A stretch of 63,950 nt of DNA, counting the filler, from Reticulomyxa filosa (Eukaryota > Protista > Foraminifera), in assembly GCA_000512085.1 (NCBI GenBank). It is 15 parts of 15 records of this genome, joined end to end, with 100 filler letters (N's around TTAATTAATTAA, not from the genome) between each part and the next. Parts side by side here need not be neighbours in the genome. Positions count along the whole stretch, not along the records: positions 26,426 to 37,004 come from ASPP01024883.1; positions 37,105 to 38,777 come from ASPP01015103.1; 13 more parts are not named here. One strand, 5' to 3'. This document shows, in pieces, positions 26,426 to 38,877 of this stretch (within the stretch, counting starts at the first letter, position 1; each line of letters starts with the position of its first letter). The position numbers and the translations under genes are program-made. Below the pieces are notes generated by a model, which worked only from the letters and a program-made list of their open reading frames with translations, was not told the DNA's origin and did no database searches.

Positions 26426-28351
26426 AAAAAAAAAAGAGATGAAAGCAATCGCCAATCGAAAATAACGACGAATGATAAGGACACCACGAACAACAATGAG
26501 TCGATGAGGAGAGGGAGGGGAATGCGATATGCAAAACACTTTGAGGTGTCGACAATGTCGTTGACGGAATCCGAGTTTGCGTCGATGCTTGAATCGCACG
26601 GAATATCGTTCCCTGTGGTCATCAAACCCCCAACGAGTGCGTGCACGGAGGGAGTGAGATTGGTGTATACGTTCAAAGCGCTATGCAAAGTAGTGCAAAG
26701 ATATTTGAATCAAGTCAATCGCGAGTTCGATTCCAATCACTCCCTGTTGGTGATGGAGTATCTACAAGGATTTGAATATATCGTCAATTGCGTATCTGTG
26801 GACGGTATTCATAAATGTACCGATATGTGGTTCGCGCAGAAGACCATTTGTCCCGATGTGGACCCATCCATTTCATCTATTGTACATACCAATTCTAATT
26901 CTAATTCTAATTCTAATTCTAATTCTGATTCCAATTCCAATTCCAATTCGATTTCATTGTCCACTACTGAATTGCCATCCTTGTCTCCTGCTTTCCCCGA
27001 CTCTCCTTATTGCTTTTGCTACGACTACCAGCAATTAATAACAGCACCAAACTCGTCTTGGAACAATTGGCAATGGCGTCGTGTGATCGAGTACACCTTC
27101 GATGTGATGACGCTGCTCGGTGTGACCCACGGGTGCGCTCACGTGGAAGTGATGTACTTGCCATTGGAAGACACGGCTTGCTTGGTCGAATTGAACGCGC
27201 GAATGCATGGGGACTTGCCTCGTGCGACCGAGCTAATCGGATACGACCAGTTGTCGGTCTTGGCATTGAGCCACATGTCGCTGACGAGATTTCGAGATGA
27301 CATCCCCGTCATTTACAATGACATCGGTTACAAGCCAAAGGCCAATTCTAATTCTGATTCCAATTTCAAATTAAAGTCCAAAACGCTCCAAACTACAAAC
27401 CTATCCTAATCATGGTCAAAGTGCAATGACGGGGAGCATCGTCAATGAAAACAGCGATAACGACAACGACAATGATAACAATAATGACAACGACGATGAT
27501 GATGATGATGATGACGATGATGATGACATTGTCAACGAAGGCAATACAGACAAACCGGTCCATTCCTCCATTGTCCCGAGTTTGAAAAAGTTGATTGAAC
27601 AAAAACAAAAACAAAAATATATGTGTGATTTCCACAGAAATGCAAGCACTTTTCATTTCTCTTTCTTATTTATGAATTATTCAAATAAAGGGCCTTATTT
27701 GTCAAACGAACTCGCTTACCTTCGGATGAATGGGACGACGAAAAACTCTTTGACATGGACAACGAAACGAAGAGATCCCACCCGATTCCACCCAATCCTT
27801 ATTCGAACAAGAGCGTAACAACAATATTTCTACGTGCGGGTCGCGATGGTTTTATCAATTTTGATGTCTTGGTCAATATCTCAAAGCTGCCCACATTTAA
27901 AAGATTTGCACGTTTGTTGCGAAATGCCTTGCAGCAATTTTTGCAATTGGATAGTTTATCTGAATATGTTTTGAAAGAACGACAAAAAACCATTGCTTCA
28001 AGAAAATTACATCAAATCAAATCTTTGGAAGGAAATGACCACACAGACAAATATAACTCGAATGTAAATGTCAATGATTTATCTCATTCAATCCGTACAG
28101 ACAATCTTTCGAATGCCGCGATTAGCGAATACTACGTTTCTCTAGAAAAATATTTGACATTTGAAACTGTCCATCGAGAATGTCTGTTACAATTAAAAAA
28201 ATCTCATCAAGTTACTAAAACTATCGATCTACTCACCAGTCCTGGCTGTGTCATTTTACAAGGCACTATTGATGATATGGCACAAGATACTGCTGCTATT
28301 CGACAATTTGAAAATGCAAACGATAAAAATGGGTTGTATGAATACTTTTGA
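26426..28351 (+). CDS. ATP-grasp ligase (L-amino-acid ligase/NikS-like) with low-complexity inserts; 5' truncated
   Basis: FPVVIKPPTSACTEGV, LLVMEYLQGFEYIVNCVSVDG, GCAHVEVM, LVELNARMHG and C-terminal TIDLLTSPGCVIL. Frameshift at ~27400; GT-AG intron at ~27623-27690. Confidence 0.8.
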
Positions 28352-31300
28352 CCTTTTTTTCTTTTTATATAGTTTCCATTTTATTTTCTTCTAAATAGTA
28401 ATTTTACGATAGCGTCATTGTTGGTAATTTTTGTTCTTGAATAAACTTTTTTTGGAATTGGCTTTTTTGCTAAGTTTTTTTAAAGAAGGACCTGTTTTTG
28501 GTTGCAAGTTCTTTCCTCACATTCTACATATCCATCAAATATAACTCTCAACACTAGGTGGCAAGAATTTCGAAAGATTCTACTAAGCTTGTATATATGG
28601 TAATGAAACTCCTTGGCACGATATCCAAACAACAAAACTTGCAACCTTGGGAAGTTCACTTTTTGTACTGAATCCCAGTTCAAAAGATTTGTGTGCTTTC
28701 AAGTGGGTACTCTTGACTTACAATTATTAGTAGTAGTGTAGCATTATTTTAATTACAGTTTGTTTGCATTCAATTATTTAAAACAAATTGCAATGTGACG
28801 GCAATACAATGGCGCAACTAGTACCAAATTGAGACTCCAAGGTAGTTGAGATGAATAACCACTTGTTAGAAAAAAAATTTTAATGAAATAATTTAAGTTT
28901 TTTGTAATACACTTATATCCAATTAATAAATTTTTTTGTTATTCAATTAACATCAACAGCAACACATGTATGAAGAATTATTGAGAACTCAAAAAAAAAT
29001 AAAATGAAGCATTAATCATTCTCTATTTGAACGTTTTTAAGATAGCTGCGTTTGTCTTTTTCAGTTATCCTGTTTGATTCATGTGTTCTTCCATTTTGAG
29101 AAATAACTTATTTTAAAAAGAATTTGAGCATGTGAAATATAACTTGTTTGTTATCAATCTTTTGTACAATATTTATCACTGAAAGATATGTTAGATTAAC
29201 TAGATACAAATATTGACTGATATAAGTGTTTGCCAAACAAAGTAAAAGTTAACAGGAAAATTGTATCTTCAATTCAACCAAGATTGACAAAAGTTTTAAT
29301 ACTCAGTGCTGTCAAAAAAAGAAACAATACCGTACAGTATATTGCAAAAAAAGTGCATCATTTATAATTAATTTTGATAGGATATTGTACTTGTAATAAG
29401 CAATTCTCGCAAAATCCAAGTGAACTTTGGAACTTCTTTATTCTAACAATACACTACTCACTTTCACGACTTGTCTTTTTTTTAACTTGGTTGAATCTTG
29501 TCATTTGTTTTTCTTTTTTTTTTTAATTAATTGTTCTTTTGTTTTAAATTGCTCAGAAGAGCGAAACCTTTCGTATTACATTTTGTGCACCTAAACAACT
29601 TTACAGTTTTGATGCAAGTTACTCATTAGCCAAACTTTCTTTCAAACTTTTATTCAATATACTTTACTTAGTGTTGATGTAGATACCATATTCTATCGTT
29701 TTTTTAACTCAAGAAGAGTATTACTTACATTAAAGAGCAACATTTTGAAAGTTTGATGAAAAAAAGATCGAATGTCTTGAGTGTATTAAAAAGAGACAAC
29801 AAAAAAGAATAGAATAACTTGTTTGTTAAATTTCGGAGCTTAATAAGTAAAAAATTTAACATCTTTTCAAAGTTTTGTAGTACAACGAACATATACAATA
29901 TTTTTCGTGTTAATGCAAATATTTCCTTTGTGAAAAGTTATTACAATGAAATAACAGAATTCATTTGAAAAAAAATTAAATTATTTGAATTGAAAAAAAA
30001 TCAAGTATTTTTTGCTTGTTTTTTAGAAAACAACACAGTAAATTTTACATCAAAGGGTTTGATCAAAAAGCTTACAATATTAAAAATTATGCAACTAATG
30101 ATAACAAAAAGAAGAAATTCTTTGCAAAGAGTTGTAACAAAATCACAGTTTTTACATCATTTGACGTTGCCTTGGCTAGTTGTTACTTACTAAATTTGCC
30201 CAAAAATTTGAAGAATTCATTGATGGATTTATTATATCTTTGTTTAATGACGTTTTAAGAAAATACACACCAAAATAACTTGGACAGAAAAGACACAAAT
30301 TTCATCCAAGGAACACGTACACAAATATGTCACAAACTGTTTTGTCTTCTCATCCTTTTCTAGTTAACTTGTTACTGAGAATTTCTCAGTTCTTCAAAGC
30401 CAAAGATTACAAATCTTTATTTCATACTTTGTTTATTCGATGAATACTTGTTTGTACATGTGAAATGATTATGTTTCTCTGAACTTTGTGGTAGCCACAT
30501 AATCTTTGAAAAGTTTTTTCATTTCATCATATTGTGTTTAAGAGGTTCAGTAGGAAACTTTGGTAAGATTTTAAATCTCTTTTGTTTTTTTTTATTTGCT
30601 GTAAAATTCAGTGACTATAAAATTCTAAGATGGTACTAAGTTACTTTAATTAGCTAGTTTTTTTTTTAAATCCCTTAGGAAACACTGTTGAAAAAATAAT
30701 TTAAAAAACAATGAAAAACAGTAAATAAATACAAATGAAAGTAAAATAAGTAACTTTTACAATTTTTTTTGTAATTGAGCAAATCGATATTTTTTGAACT
30801 TATTATAGCAAAAATCGATGTTTTCGTTCACTTATTTTGTTTGATATAGGGGTAGCCCCCTTCACGTAATGGTGAAAATGGCGTATGGCGAAAATTTTGA
30901 GACTTTTTCGCATAGGACAAATGATATTGATGCGTTGATAGCTCATGATCGCAAATACAAAGGAATCTTTGAAAGTTAGTTCTTCGACACGTATACAACA
31001 GTGGCGGACTTCGAACAAGCGGATAGATAGACGGAAAAAAGAAAGAACAGTACGTAATAAACGAAAAATTGAAGAAAGAAGCACTCAATAGTGTTTGACA
31101 GTGCGTACAAATGCAAGAATTGTTGGACGGGAAAAAAAAATGTAATGTGAAACGTGACCACTGAAATGTGTCTCTCGTGATGGCATTGGACATTGGGAAG
31201 CAAAGTTTAAAGCATAAAGACTGTTTGGGAATTGTCACATTTGACAAGGACCACATGATTTACCATGGAAGGCAAAGAGTCGAAGAGTTAATGATGGAGA

Positions 31301-32020
31301 AATTTGGTTTCAAGTTTGTTTTTTTTTTAAGCGTGTGCAAACAAAAACGTTTTCATTTATACGTATATAAAAAAAAAAATCGAATTGTTGGGAATGGCAG
31401 AAAAGTTTTGGTATTGCATGATTTCTATTCCACGAGCGGATGAAAAATTGAAACTCATGAGATGAAACAAATGGTGTTAGATTGGAAGTTGCAAATGAAT
31501 GGGTTAACTACCTAAAAGGATATGTTCGACATTGCGAAGGGCAAGATGGAAAAAAGGAAAAAGAAGGGACGAGAAAAAGGTAAACAGCGACCACAAACAC
31601 GTGCAACAGACGAGGACAAAGAAAAGGATTAAACAAGTCCACTATCTTTCCATTTATTTGTTTTTTCGCCGTTGTGAAGATTTTTTTTTTGCCATTGTAT
31701 GTTGTCGAAATATACGATGACGCTGTTCATTTTGTCCAAATGCCGTTCAATATCAAACCAAAAAAAAGTTTTTTAAAAAAAAAATATGACAAAACGGAAG
31801 GCCAAAGAAGTATTTGTGAAAGATGTCCAAGTAGATATTACTTTTTGAATAAGGGGTAATTGAAAATTGAAACTTCAAAAAAATTTGAATTTAAAAAAAA
31901 GATAGGAATTTGTTTACAAGACATTTTTTTAAAAAATAATACTGTTGCAGTTTGAGGAAGAAAAAACTATAAGAGGAAAAAGAAAAATGCAATACTAGAA
32001 ACAATAAGACGAATGGAAGT

Positions 32021-32665
32021 CTATTCGGAATAATGTAGAGAAATGATAACTTTTGTTTTTAAGTTAGAAATATCACACACATGATTGCTTAGCTTGCCAT
32101 CTCGCTCTCGAATGAGCCAATTGAGATCAATTTCTGATGTCCCAATGAGATGATTCATGCCAAGAGGCTCTTGTTCGTAGAGGCTGATCGTCAATACCTG
32201 TTCTAAGACATTGTCACATTTTAACTCACGGGAATCTTCCCATACTGGATTTTTGTTGCGTCTTATTACACGTGTTTTAAATTTTTTACCACCTACTTTT
32301 GCTTTCACAAACGAAGCAATATCGTCTTTGTCATTTTCTTTCATATCATGTATGCATATATATATATATTTTTTTTTTTTAAATAAAAAATATGTACTTA
32401 TATTATATTTATTGTATTCAAAACTGAGACTCGACCCTTGAACATTGATTGCCCTTTTTACAACAACTTGAAGTGTTCCTGTTTTATAAGTGTATGCTTT
32501 TGTCGACTCTTTATCTTCGATCGACTCTTTGATTGATTTCTTGTCTCTCGACTCTCCATTTTTTCTTCCTGCCACATATTTCTTCCATTTCCAGTACAGA
32601 TACCATGCCAATGCCACGGTGCTAGATATTGTGCAAAATATCAAAAAAGAACGAAGAAGTATCAT
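32021..32665 (-). CDS. N-terminal transmembrane anchor + single C2 domain protein
   Basis: Hydrophobic N-terminus followed by WKWKK; GTLQVVVKRAINV, SFVKAKVGGKKFKTRVIRRNKNPVWE, LTISLYEQE..HLIGTSEIDL. Probable in-frame intron at ~32338-32430. Confidence 0.85.
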   Translation of the reverse strand: MILLRSFLIFCTISSTVALAWYLYWKWKKYVAGRKNGESRDKKSIKESIEDKESTKAYTYKTGTLQVVVKRAINVQGSSLSFEYNKYNISTYFLFKKKKYIYICIHDMKENDKDDIASFVKAKVGGKKFKTRVIRRNKNPVWEDSRELKCDNVLEQVLTISLYEQEPLGMNHLIGTSEIDLNWLIRERDGKLSNHVCDISNLKTKVIISLHYSE

Positions 32666-33149
32666 CTTTTTGGTCGCTTTTTGGGTGTCTTTTGGAGTTT
32701 TGTCTGGCGAGGCTGTTACATTTATACGTGATCTAATAACCCCGTTTGAGCTGGAGTTTTGATTGAAGCGTTTGATTGAAGTGTCTGAAGTGACGCAGCC
32801 TTTATTTCAAGGTTGCGTGGGTCAGCCATGCATTCAACCCAATAGTTTTTTTTCTTGGCAAGTTTTTTTAAAAGCTACGGATAAATATTTGGTACTAATG
32901 TTGCCTTTTTTAAAACTGTTTATTATAAAAGAAGGTGTTCCCTTATTCTCATAACATCGTTTTTTGTTGCTCTAAAACTTGCTGTTCAATCTTTTTTACT
33001 TGGTTCTATTGCTTATAAATCTTTTCTGCTCCTTGATTTTGAACAGTTTAAGTTAAGCAAAACTACACGTCCAAAACCCAAAGCAAAGAAGGGGGCTAAT
33101 TTGAGTTTAAATTGCATCTGTTAACTTGACTTTCTTTTCACATCCTAAA

Positions 33150-34556
33150 ATGACTGTAGTAGAAATAGTGGTAACCGCTCCTCAACTATTCACAGTATGG
33201 ACTCTTTCAGGTAATGCAAAAAAAACAACTTAACAACTTTCTTTCGGAACGTGCGTACAATAATTTTTTCTTTTGTATTGGACAATAACAAGAGGTGGAG
33301 ATTCTGCGGAATCACCGTATATACGGGTTAATGTTAAAACCCTCTTTTGCACTGCCAACAAAAAAGCAGCAAATGACGAGAAAGGCAAGGCCCAAAGAAG
33401 TGACACAAATAGAATGTGATATAACAAAAGCAACTGTGGAGGGTACAATCTGTAATATGGAGTTCAAAGTGGAGCCAGAGAAAAAGGTGAAGAAAAAAGT
33501 GCGTCTTTGTACCCTTCCCCTTCGCTTATCTATTTTTGAAGTGAAACTAGCTTTGGAGTTAAAGATTGCTCAATTATGGTATCCAATGCAGCAACTAGAT
33601 CAATTGCAAAAATGGCAGCAATTAAAAATCACAGAGATTCAACAACAACCAATGAAAGCGCAGGTGCATGAACATGCGCAAGAGATAGATGCAGATGTGA
33701 TAGAGCCACCAAGCAAAAAGCGAAAAGTGTATGTAGAGCTCGTAAATGCCTCCGAAATTCAAACAGAAAAAGAAATAGAGCCAGTCAAAATAAGCAATAA
33801 TAGTATTCGTTTTACGCCAACAGTGGATCACTTTAAACCAGACTTACAACTACAGGTGAGAGGCAATGGAAAAATAGAGTTGATGGATTTTGATTTCAAA
33901 GGGAGAGCACAAAAGTAAAATATTACTATTGTCCATTTGTCTTTTTTTTAAAAAAAAAAAAACGATAACAGAAAGATACGTCAGATGAATATTGGCTGAA
34001 GTATCATTTTCACAACGACACGCACACATTTCATGAATGGAAAGATCAGTTTCTTGTGTTCCATGATTTATTCATGAACAAACATTACTGGCTCCGAACT
34101 GATAATCGTTTCCCTGGGCATTTTTTAGCGTACCCAAATAATGTAGAAACATGCCATGCATCTTACATTGTCTTAGTACTCTCTGACTTGAATAAACATG
34201 ACAGGGTACGTGTGCAGATTATACGTAGCTCTATTTTTTTTCTTCTAAAAAAAAAAAAAAGAAAGAAAGAATAATAATAATGTGAATTTGATCAGACTAC
34301 GATTACGTCTCTTCTTGAACATGCCAAAAATTTTGAACATTCGAATGTGAAACCAAAAGAATTGGATATTTCAGTCATGTCTTTGTCACGTGCGTGCGCT
34401 GCTTTCAACAAACATTTGCTGTGCGCTTGTGTCCAATCCTGCGCAACAAACAACAAGTCTGTCTTTTATATTGTCATCCAGTGGCATCAGGCCAGCTCTG
34501 ATCAAGACTATGGATACCAAGTCATTACTCACTTTCCAGATGCTATCCCTTCATAG
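33150..34556 (+). CDS. TSEN34: tRNA-splicing endonuclease catalytic subunit Sen34, multi-exon
   Basis: N-terminal VW..EVEILRNHRIYG..LPLRLSIFEVKL; C-terminal VFHDL..YWLRTDNRFPGHFLAYPNNVETCHASYIV..SRACAAFNKHLLCA keeps the Tyr/His/Lys triad positions. Introns include 33211-33292 and 33915-33971. Confidence 0.8.
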
Positions 34557-35397
34557 TGTACTCAAATCTATGTTTTTTTATGTTAGTGAAACTATAGTGG
34601 ATTTAAGAAAAAATAAATATAAACATACTCAACGATAATTATTTTTTTGTGAAAACATAATATTTTTGATTTTTACTGGATTTATTTTATTATACCTCCA
34701 AAAAGAAAAGGGAACAGCTTAACTATTGGTCATTGCTTTAGTTGTGATATTTGCTGAAAAAAATTTTGTATTTCTTATCCTTTGTAGTTTTTAAAAAAAT
34801 TCGCAAATAAAATTTAACTAATCGAATTTTTTATGGAATTAAATTTTAGCTTTGAAATTTTATTTGATGACAAGCTTTTTATTTTAGTTTTGAGTTTTGA
34901 AATTAACTGTCATTTTTATAATCTAAATAATAAGACATACTGTTCATCATGTCATCTTTATATTTCGTTTAAATTTTATAATCAATTTCATTATTTATAT
35001 TGCGGGCATGTATAACACCTTTTGAACCAAAGCAAGCTTAAATCATATTTTCTAAGTCTTGATTTTTAAATTCTTAAAAATGTTTGTTTCGATCACACAA
35101 AAATTTAGTTTGTTTATCTAAAAAGACAGCGTTTTTTACAATAATTTACAATATGATCTTTGAGCTAGTCCAGAAATTCGAATTTCGTGTTAATATAAGT
35201 ATATTCTAGTCTTAGGTTTTTCTTAATCGCCGCGATAAAGCAATGACAACTAAAAATAAACGTAATAATACAGGAAATAATGCTGTAAAAGATATTGGAT
35301 AGATATAAACTATAATATTAAAAATTTGTGAAGCAAACAGTAATGAAAAGGGGAAACATAATCATAAATGTAAAGGTAATATATGTAGGGACAAGTC

Positions 35398-35525
35398 TTG
35401 ACACACCAAAATAGCACCTTATGAAGATAATAGATTTTTTAATTCAAAAATCGACATTTTTTCAAAAAATATATACAAATCTTAAGTGTTTCAAAATGTA
35501 TTTCATTTTCTACATTTTTTCAAAA
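35398..35525. mobile_element. Degenerate fragment of the Tc1-family TIR
   Basis: gacacaccaaaatagcaccttat...aaatcgacatttt resembles 13630-13690. Confidence 0.5.
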
Positions 35526-36046
35526 GTAGCATAGTATGTTTGACATTTTTTGCAAACTATAGCATCTATACAATATATAATGTGATCTAATAATAGTTGG
35601 CAATTTAGTTTTTTCATTATTTTAATTGTTGTTGTATCCGCAATATAGCTAAGTATACATATGAACCTGGTCTCAATATTTTATCAAATATCCAAACGTT
35701 AAAACAAAACTTATTTTCTGTAAAAAAAATGTCCTTATTGTTTAATTGTTTTTTTTAAAGTGTCTACGACAAATGCTAATGATATTATTTATTCAGTGGT
35801 CCAAGAATGTAATATCTTTTACCAAAAAAGAACGCTCTGAATACTTTTTCATTTCGATAAACATAGTTTTAATGTATTGCTAAAGAATAGATAACACTCA
35901 CATTAATGAAAGCGGTTTGTGTAAAAATAGTTGTAGAATGTTTAAAAGAAGCAAAACAGTTTTTGTTAACTTTTCAAGAAAATGTTTAGCAGTTCAAAGA
36001 TTTGTTCAAAAGTTTTTGAAAGACTATCCCCGGTCTGTAATTGTTA

Positions 36047-36914
36047 ATGAATAATTCTACAGCACTCCCTGGGACTAAAAGATGGAAGGCATTAAAGCCA
36101 GCAATTCATGATCGAGCATTAGATCATAAAAAAGCAAAGTTGGGGAAAGCTAAAAAAGCGTTAGGAGGGATGCAAAAGATAATATTGGTGTTGATCGGTT
36201 TTCTTGTGTGCATTGTAATATTTCAATACGTGTTGATGATCCCATCATCTTTTTCATCTCCGCCTCCGCCTCCACCTCCTCCTCCTTCTCCTTCCCCATC
36301 ACCATCTCCTGAATTTCTTGACGGTCAATCCAATCAATTAAAAAAAGCAACGGACATCAAAGTAGTAAAGGGAGTGCCAGTGTTGGATAAAACAAAGTTG
36401 GATCAGAATAAAGGCAAAAGCACAAACCGAAACGCAGACAATTGGGAGCCCAAAAATGTGTTTGGAAAGCCATTGATGAAAGAAAGGGAAGAGTACATAA
36501 AAGAGCGTCTGTCGATGGATTTGAAATGGAGCAAATTGAAGCCGAGCTTTGCGAATAAATCGGAGCTGTTTGATCAAAGACATTTGATAAAGTGTGCGGA
36601 AGGGGATTACAATGAGACGGAGTACACACAACAAAGACAGACCCTTCAAGCATGGATGGACTTGCACTATGGACAGAGCATATGCGACAACTCGCGTTTA
36701 TTGAAAGAAGCTCGCCAAAAAAACAAATTCACTTTGCTGTCGACGTTGTGCACAAGGCTGTACCAACAAACCTTGCAACTGGTTTTCCAAACCCAATGTG
36801 GCACATGGGATCTCTATCACGACGTTTTATTGCTCACACTCCGAGTACCACTCTTGTACAACAATATTCCTAGTTTTTATCCGTACCTGTTTTTGCATTT
36901 GCCAAAAACTGCTG
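36047..36914 (+). CDS. Type II membrane (Golgi-type) sulfotransferase, 5' part
   Basis: Basic cytosolic tail, TM (IILVLIGFLVCIVIFQYVLMI), Pro-rich stem, then the PAPS-binding 5'-PSB motif YLFLHLPKTAG just before an intron and the contig end. Confidence 0.7.
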
Positions 36915-37710
36915 GTCTTTTCAAACAAATACATAAATCATTAAAGATATATATATATATATGTATATGTATACATACATCTGGTTCAATTTTTTTTTTT
37001 TTTTNNNNNNNNNNNNNNNNNNNNNNNNNNNNNNNNNNNNNNNNNNNNTTAATTAATTAANNNNNNNNNNNNNNNNNNNNNNNNNNNNNNNNNNNNNNNN
37101 NNNNAATTTTTATATTATGTTTTTGTGCAAAGACATTAACTGTTTAGAATAATTCCAGTTTCTTGATTATTACAAAGCATTTTTAGCCAAAACAATTGCA
37201 AGGCATAACTTCACGGAAATACTAAAATATAATGTACTGATAATATAATAATAATTTAGGGATATGGAGGGATAGACATATGTTAGTGACGAGTGAAGGT
37301 CTTTAGTGAAGTGAAATCTTTCAAAGATTTTCCAAAAATATTTATTACTAATGTTTGTCGTGGTGAAAATATTCCGATTTCTCATCAAATAACAACGAGA
37401 GGGACAAATATAAACCAAGATATGTCATAAATGGACATAACGACGATGAATTTTTTGTTAAGCTGTTTATTTTGAAGTTTTTTGTATGATCGCGACATAT
37501 TTTTGCTTAAGAACATTTATGGAAATTAATTTGTATTTTAAAACATATCTCAAGTACTTATAACATTGTTGATCGATATGACATCGTTACTGATTATTGT
37601 GACGTCCAAATATTTTACAAAATGTAATATTTGTCTTTCATTTCAAAATGTTTCTTAGTTCAGTTTTTCCTTTCATAAACAAAAGTTTAAGCATTTTCTC
37701 ATCTTACATC

Positions 37711-38777
37711 ATGAAAGATTATCTCAAGAGAAAACTAAAAAAAGTTACAAGAATCAACTTAAACTTATCAATGAAAGTTGAGTCCAACTTGTCTTTAAGT
37801 TTTTATTCTTTATTTTATATTGTTGTAACCTGTAATTGAAACAGTCAAAAGATGAAGAGACCCAAATAGTTATTCGTCATTGGGTTCGAACATTAAACAT
37901 TGAATTAGGATGGATCAAAGATTTTGACAAAATTGTTGTCAATTATGTCAGTTCATTTGTCTTTTCTTTTTTTAATACTAATCAAGATATTCAAATGTTT
38001 ATTTAACATAGACGTCTACTGTCTTCATGTTTGACACATTTCGTTCATCATCCAAATTAATCAATATATTCACTGGACATACAGACTATGTGTGGAGTAT
38101 TGATTATTCGACATTTGATGATTGTCAATTCATTTGTTCTGGGTCAGAGGATAACACAGTCCATGTATATGATATAGACAAAAATAAACAAATTCAATCA
38201 TTTAATAAACATTCATCTTCTGTGTATTGTGTGAAATTTTCATCATATCATTATCATAATAATCATCAAAATGTCATTTGTTCTTCATCATATGACAAAA
38301 CTATTCGTTTTTGGGATTTCAAACATAATAAACAATTACAAATGTTCAACGGACATACTCATTGTGTTTGTGGAATTGAATTTTCACCATTTAATGGCGG
38401 TAGATATTTATGTTCTGGATCTTATGACAAAACAATTCGTTTATGGGATGTTGAAACATCAAAATTATTACATGTTTTCAATGGACATAAATATGCTGTT
38501 TGGTGTGTTGATATTTCACCATTACAAAACAATAACAACAATAATAATATTGGTGTGATTGGTGGAAATGGATATACAATTTGTTCTGGATCATTTGACG
38601 AAACCATTCGAATATGGGATATTGAAACAACCAAACAATTCAATGTATTCAAAGGACATACACATTTTGTGAGGAGTGTAAAATATGGATTAAATGAATT
38701 AGTGAATATAATATTATCTGGATCAGAAGATGAAAGTGTTCGTTTGTGGGATATTCGATCTGGTAACAAATTCAAGT
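37711..38777 (+). CDS. Lineage-expanded WD40-repeat protein preceded by the 34-aa module exon (37845-37946); 3' truncated
   Basis: Exon SKDEETQIVIRHWVRTLNIELGWIKDFDKIVVNY, intron 37947-38011, then TSTVFMFDTFRSSSKL..FTGHTDYVWSIDYS..GRYLCSGSYDKTIRLWDVET..IGVIGGNGYTICSGS. The start at 37711 is tentative. Confidence 0.9.
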
Positions 38778-38877
38778 NNNNNNNNNNNNNNNNNNNNNNN
38801 NNNNNNNNNNNNNNNNNNNNNTTAATTAATTAANNNNNNNNNNNNNNNNNNNNNNNNNNNNNNNNNNNNNNNNNNNN

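Noticed and set aside
30800-31650. Short ORF cluster as a gene
   Set aside because: Stops in all frames and no recognisable domain; probably a pseudogene of unknown origin.
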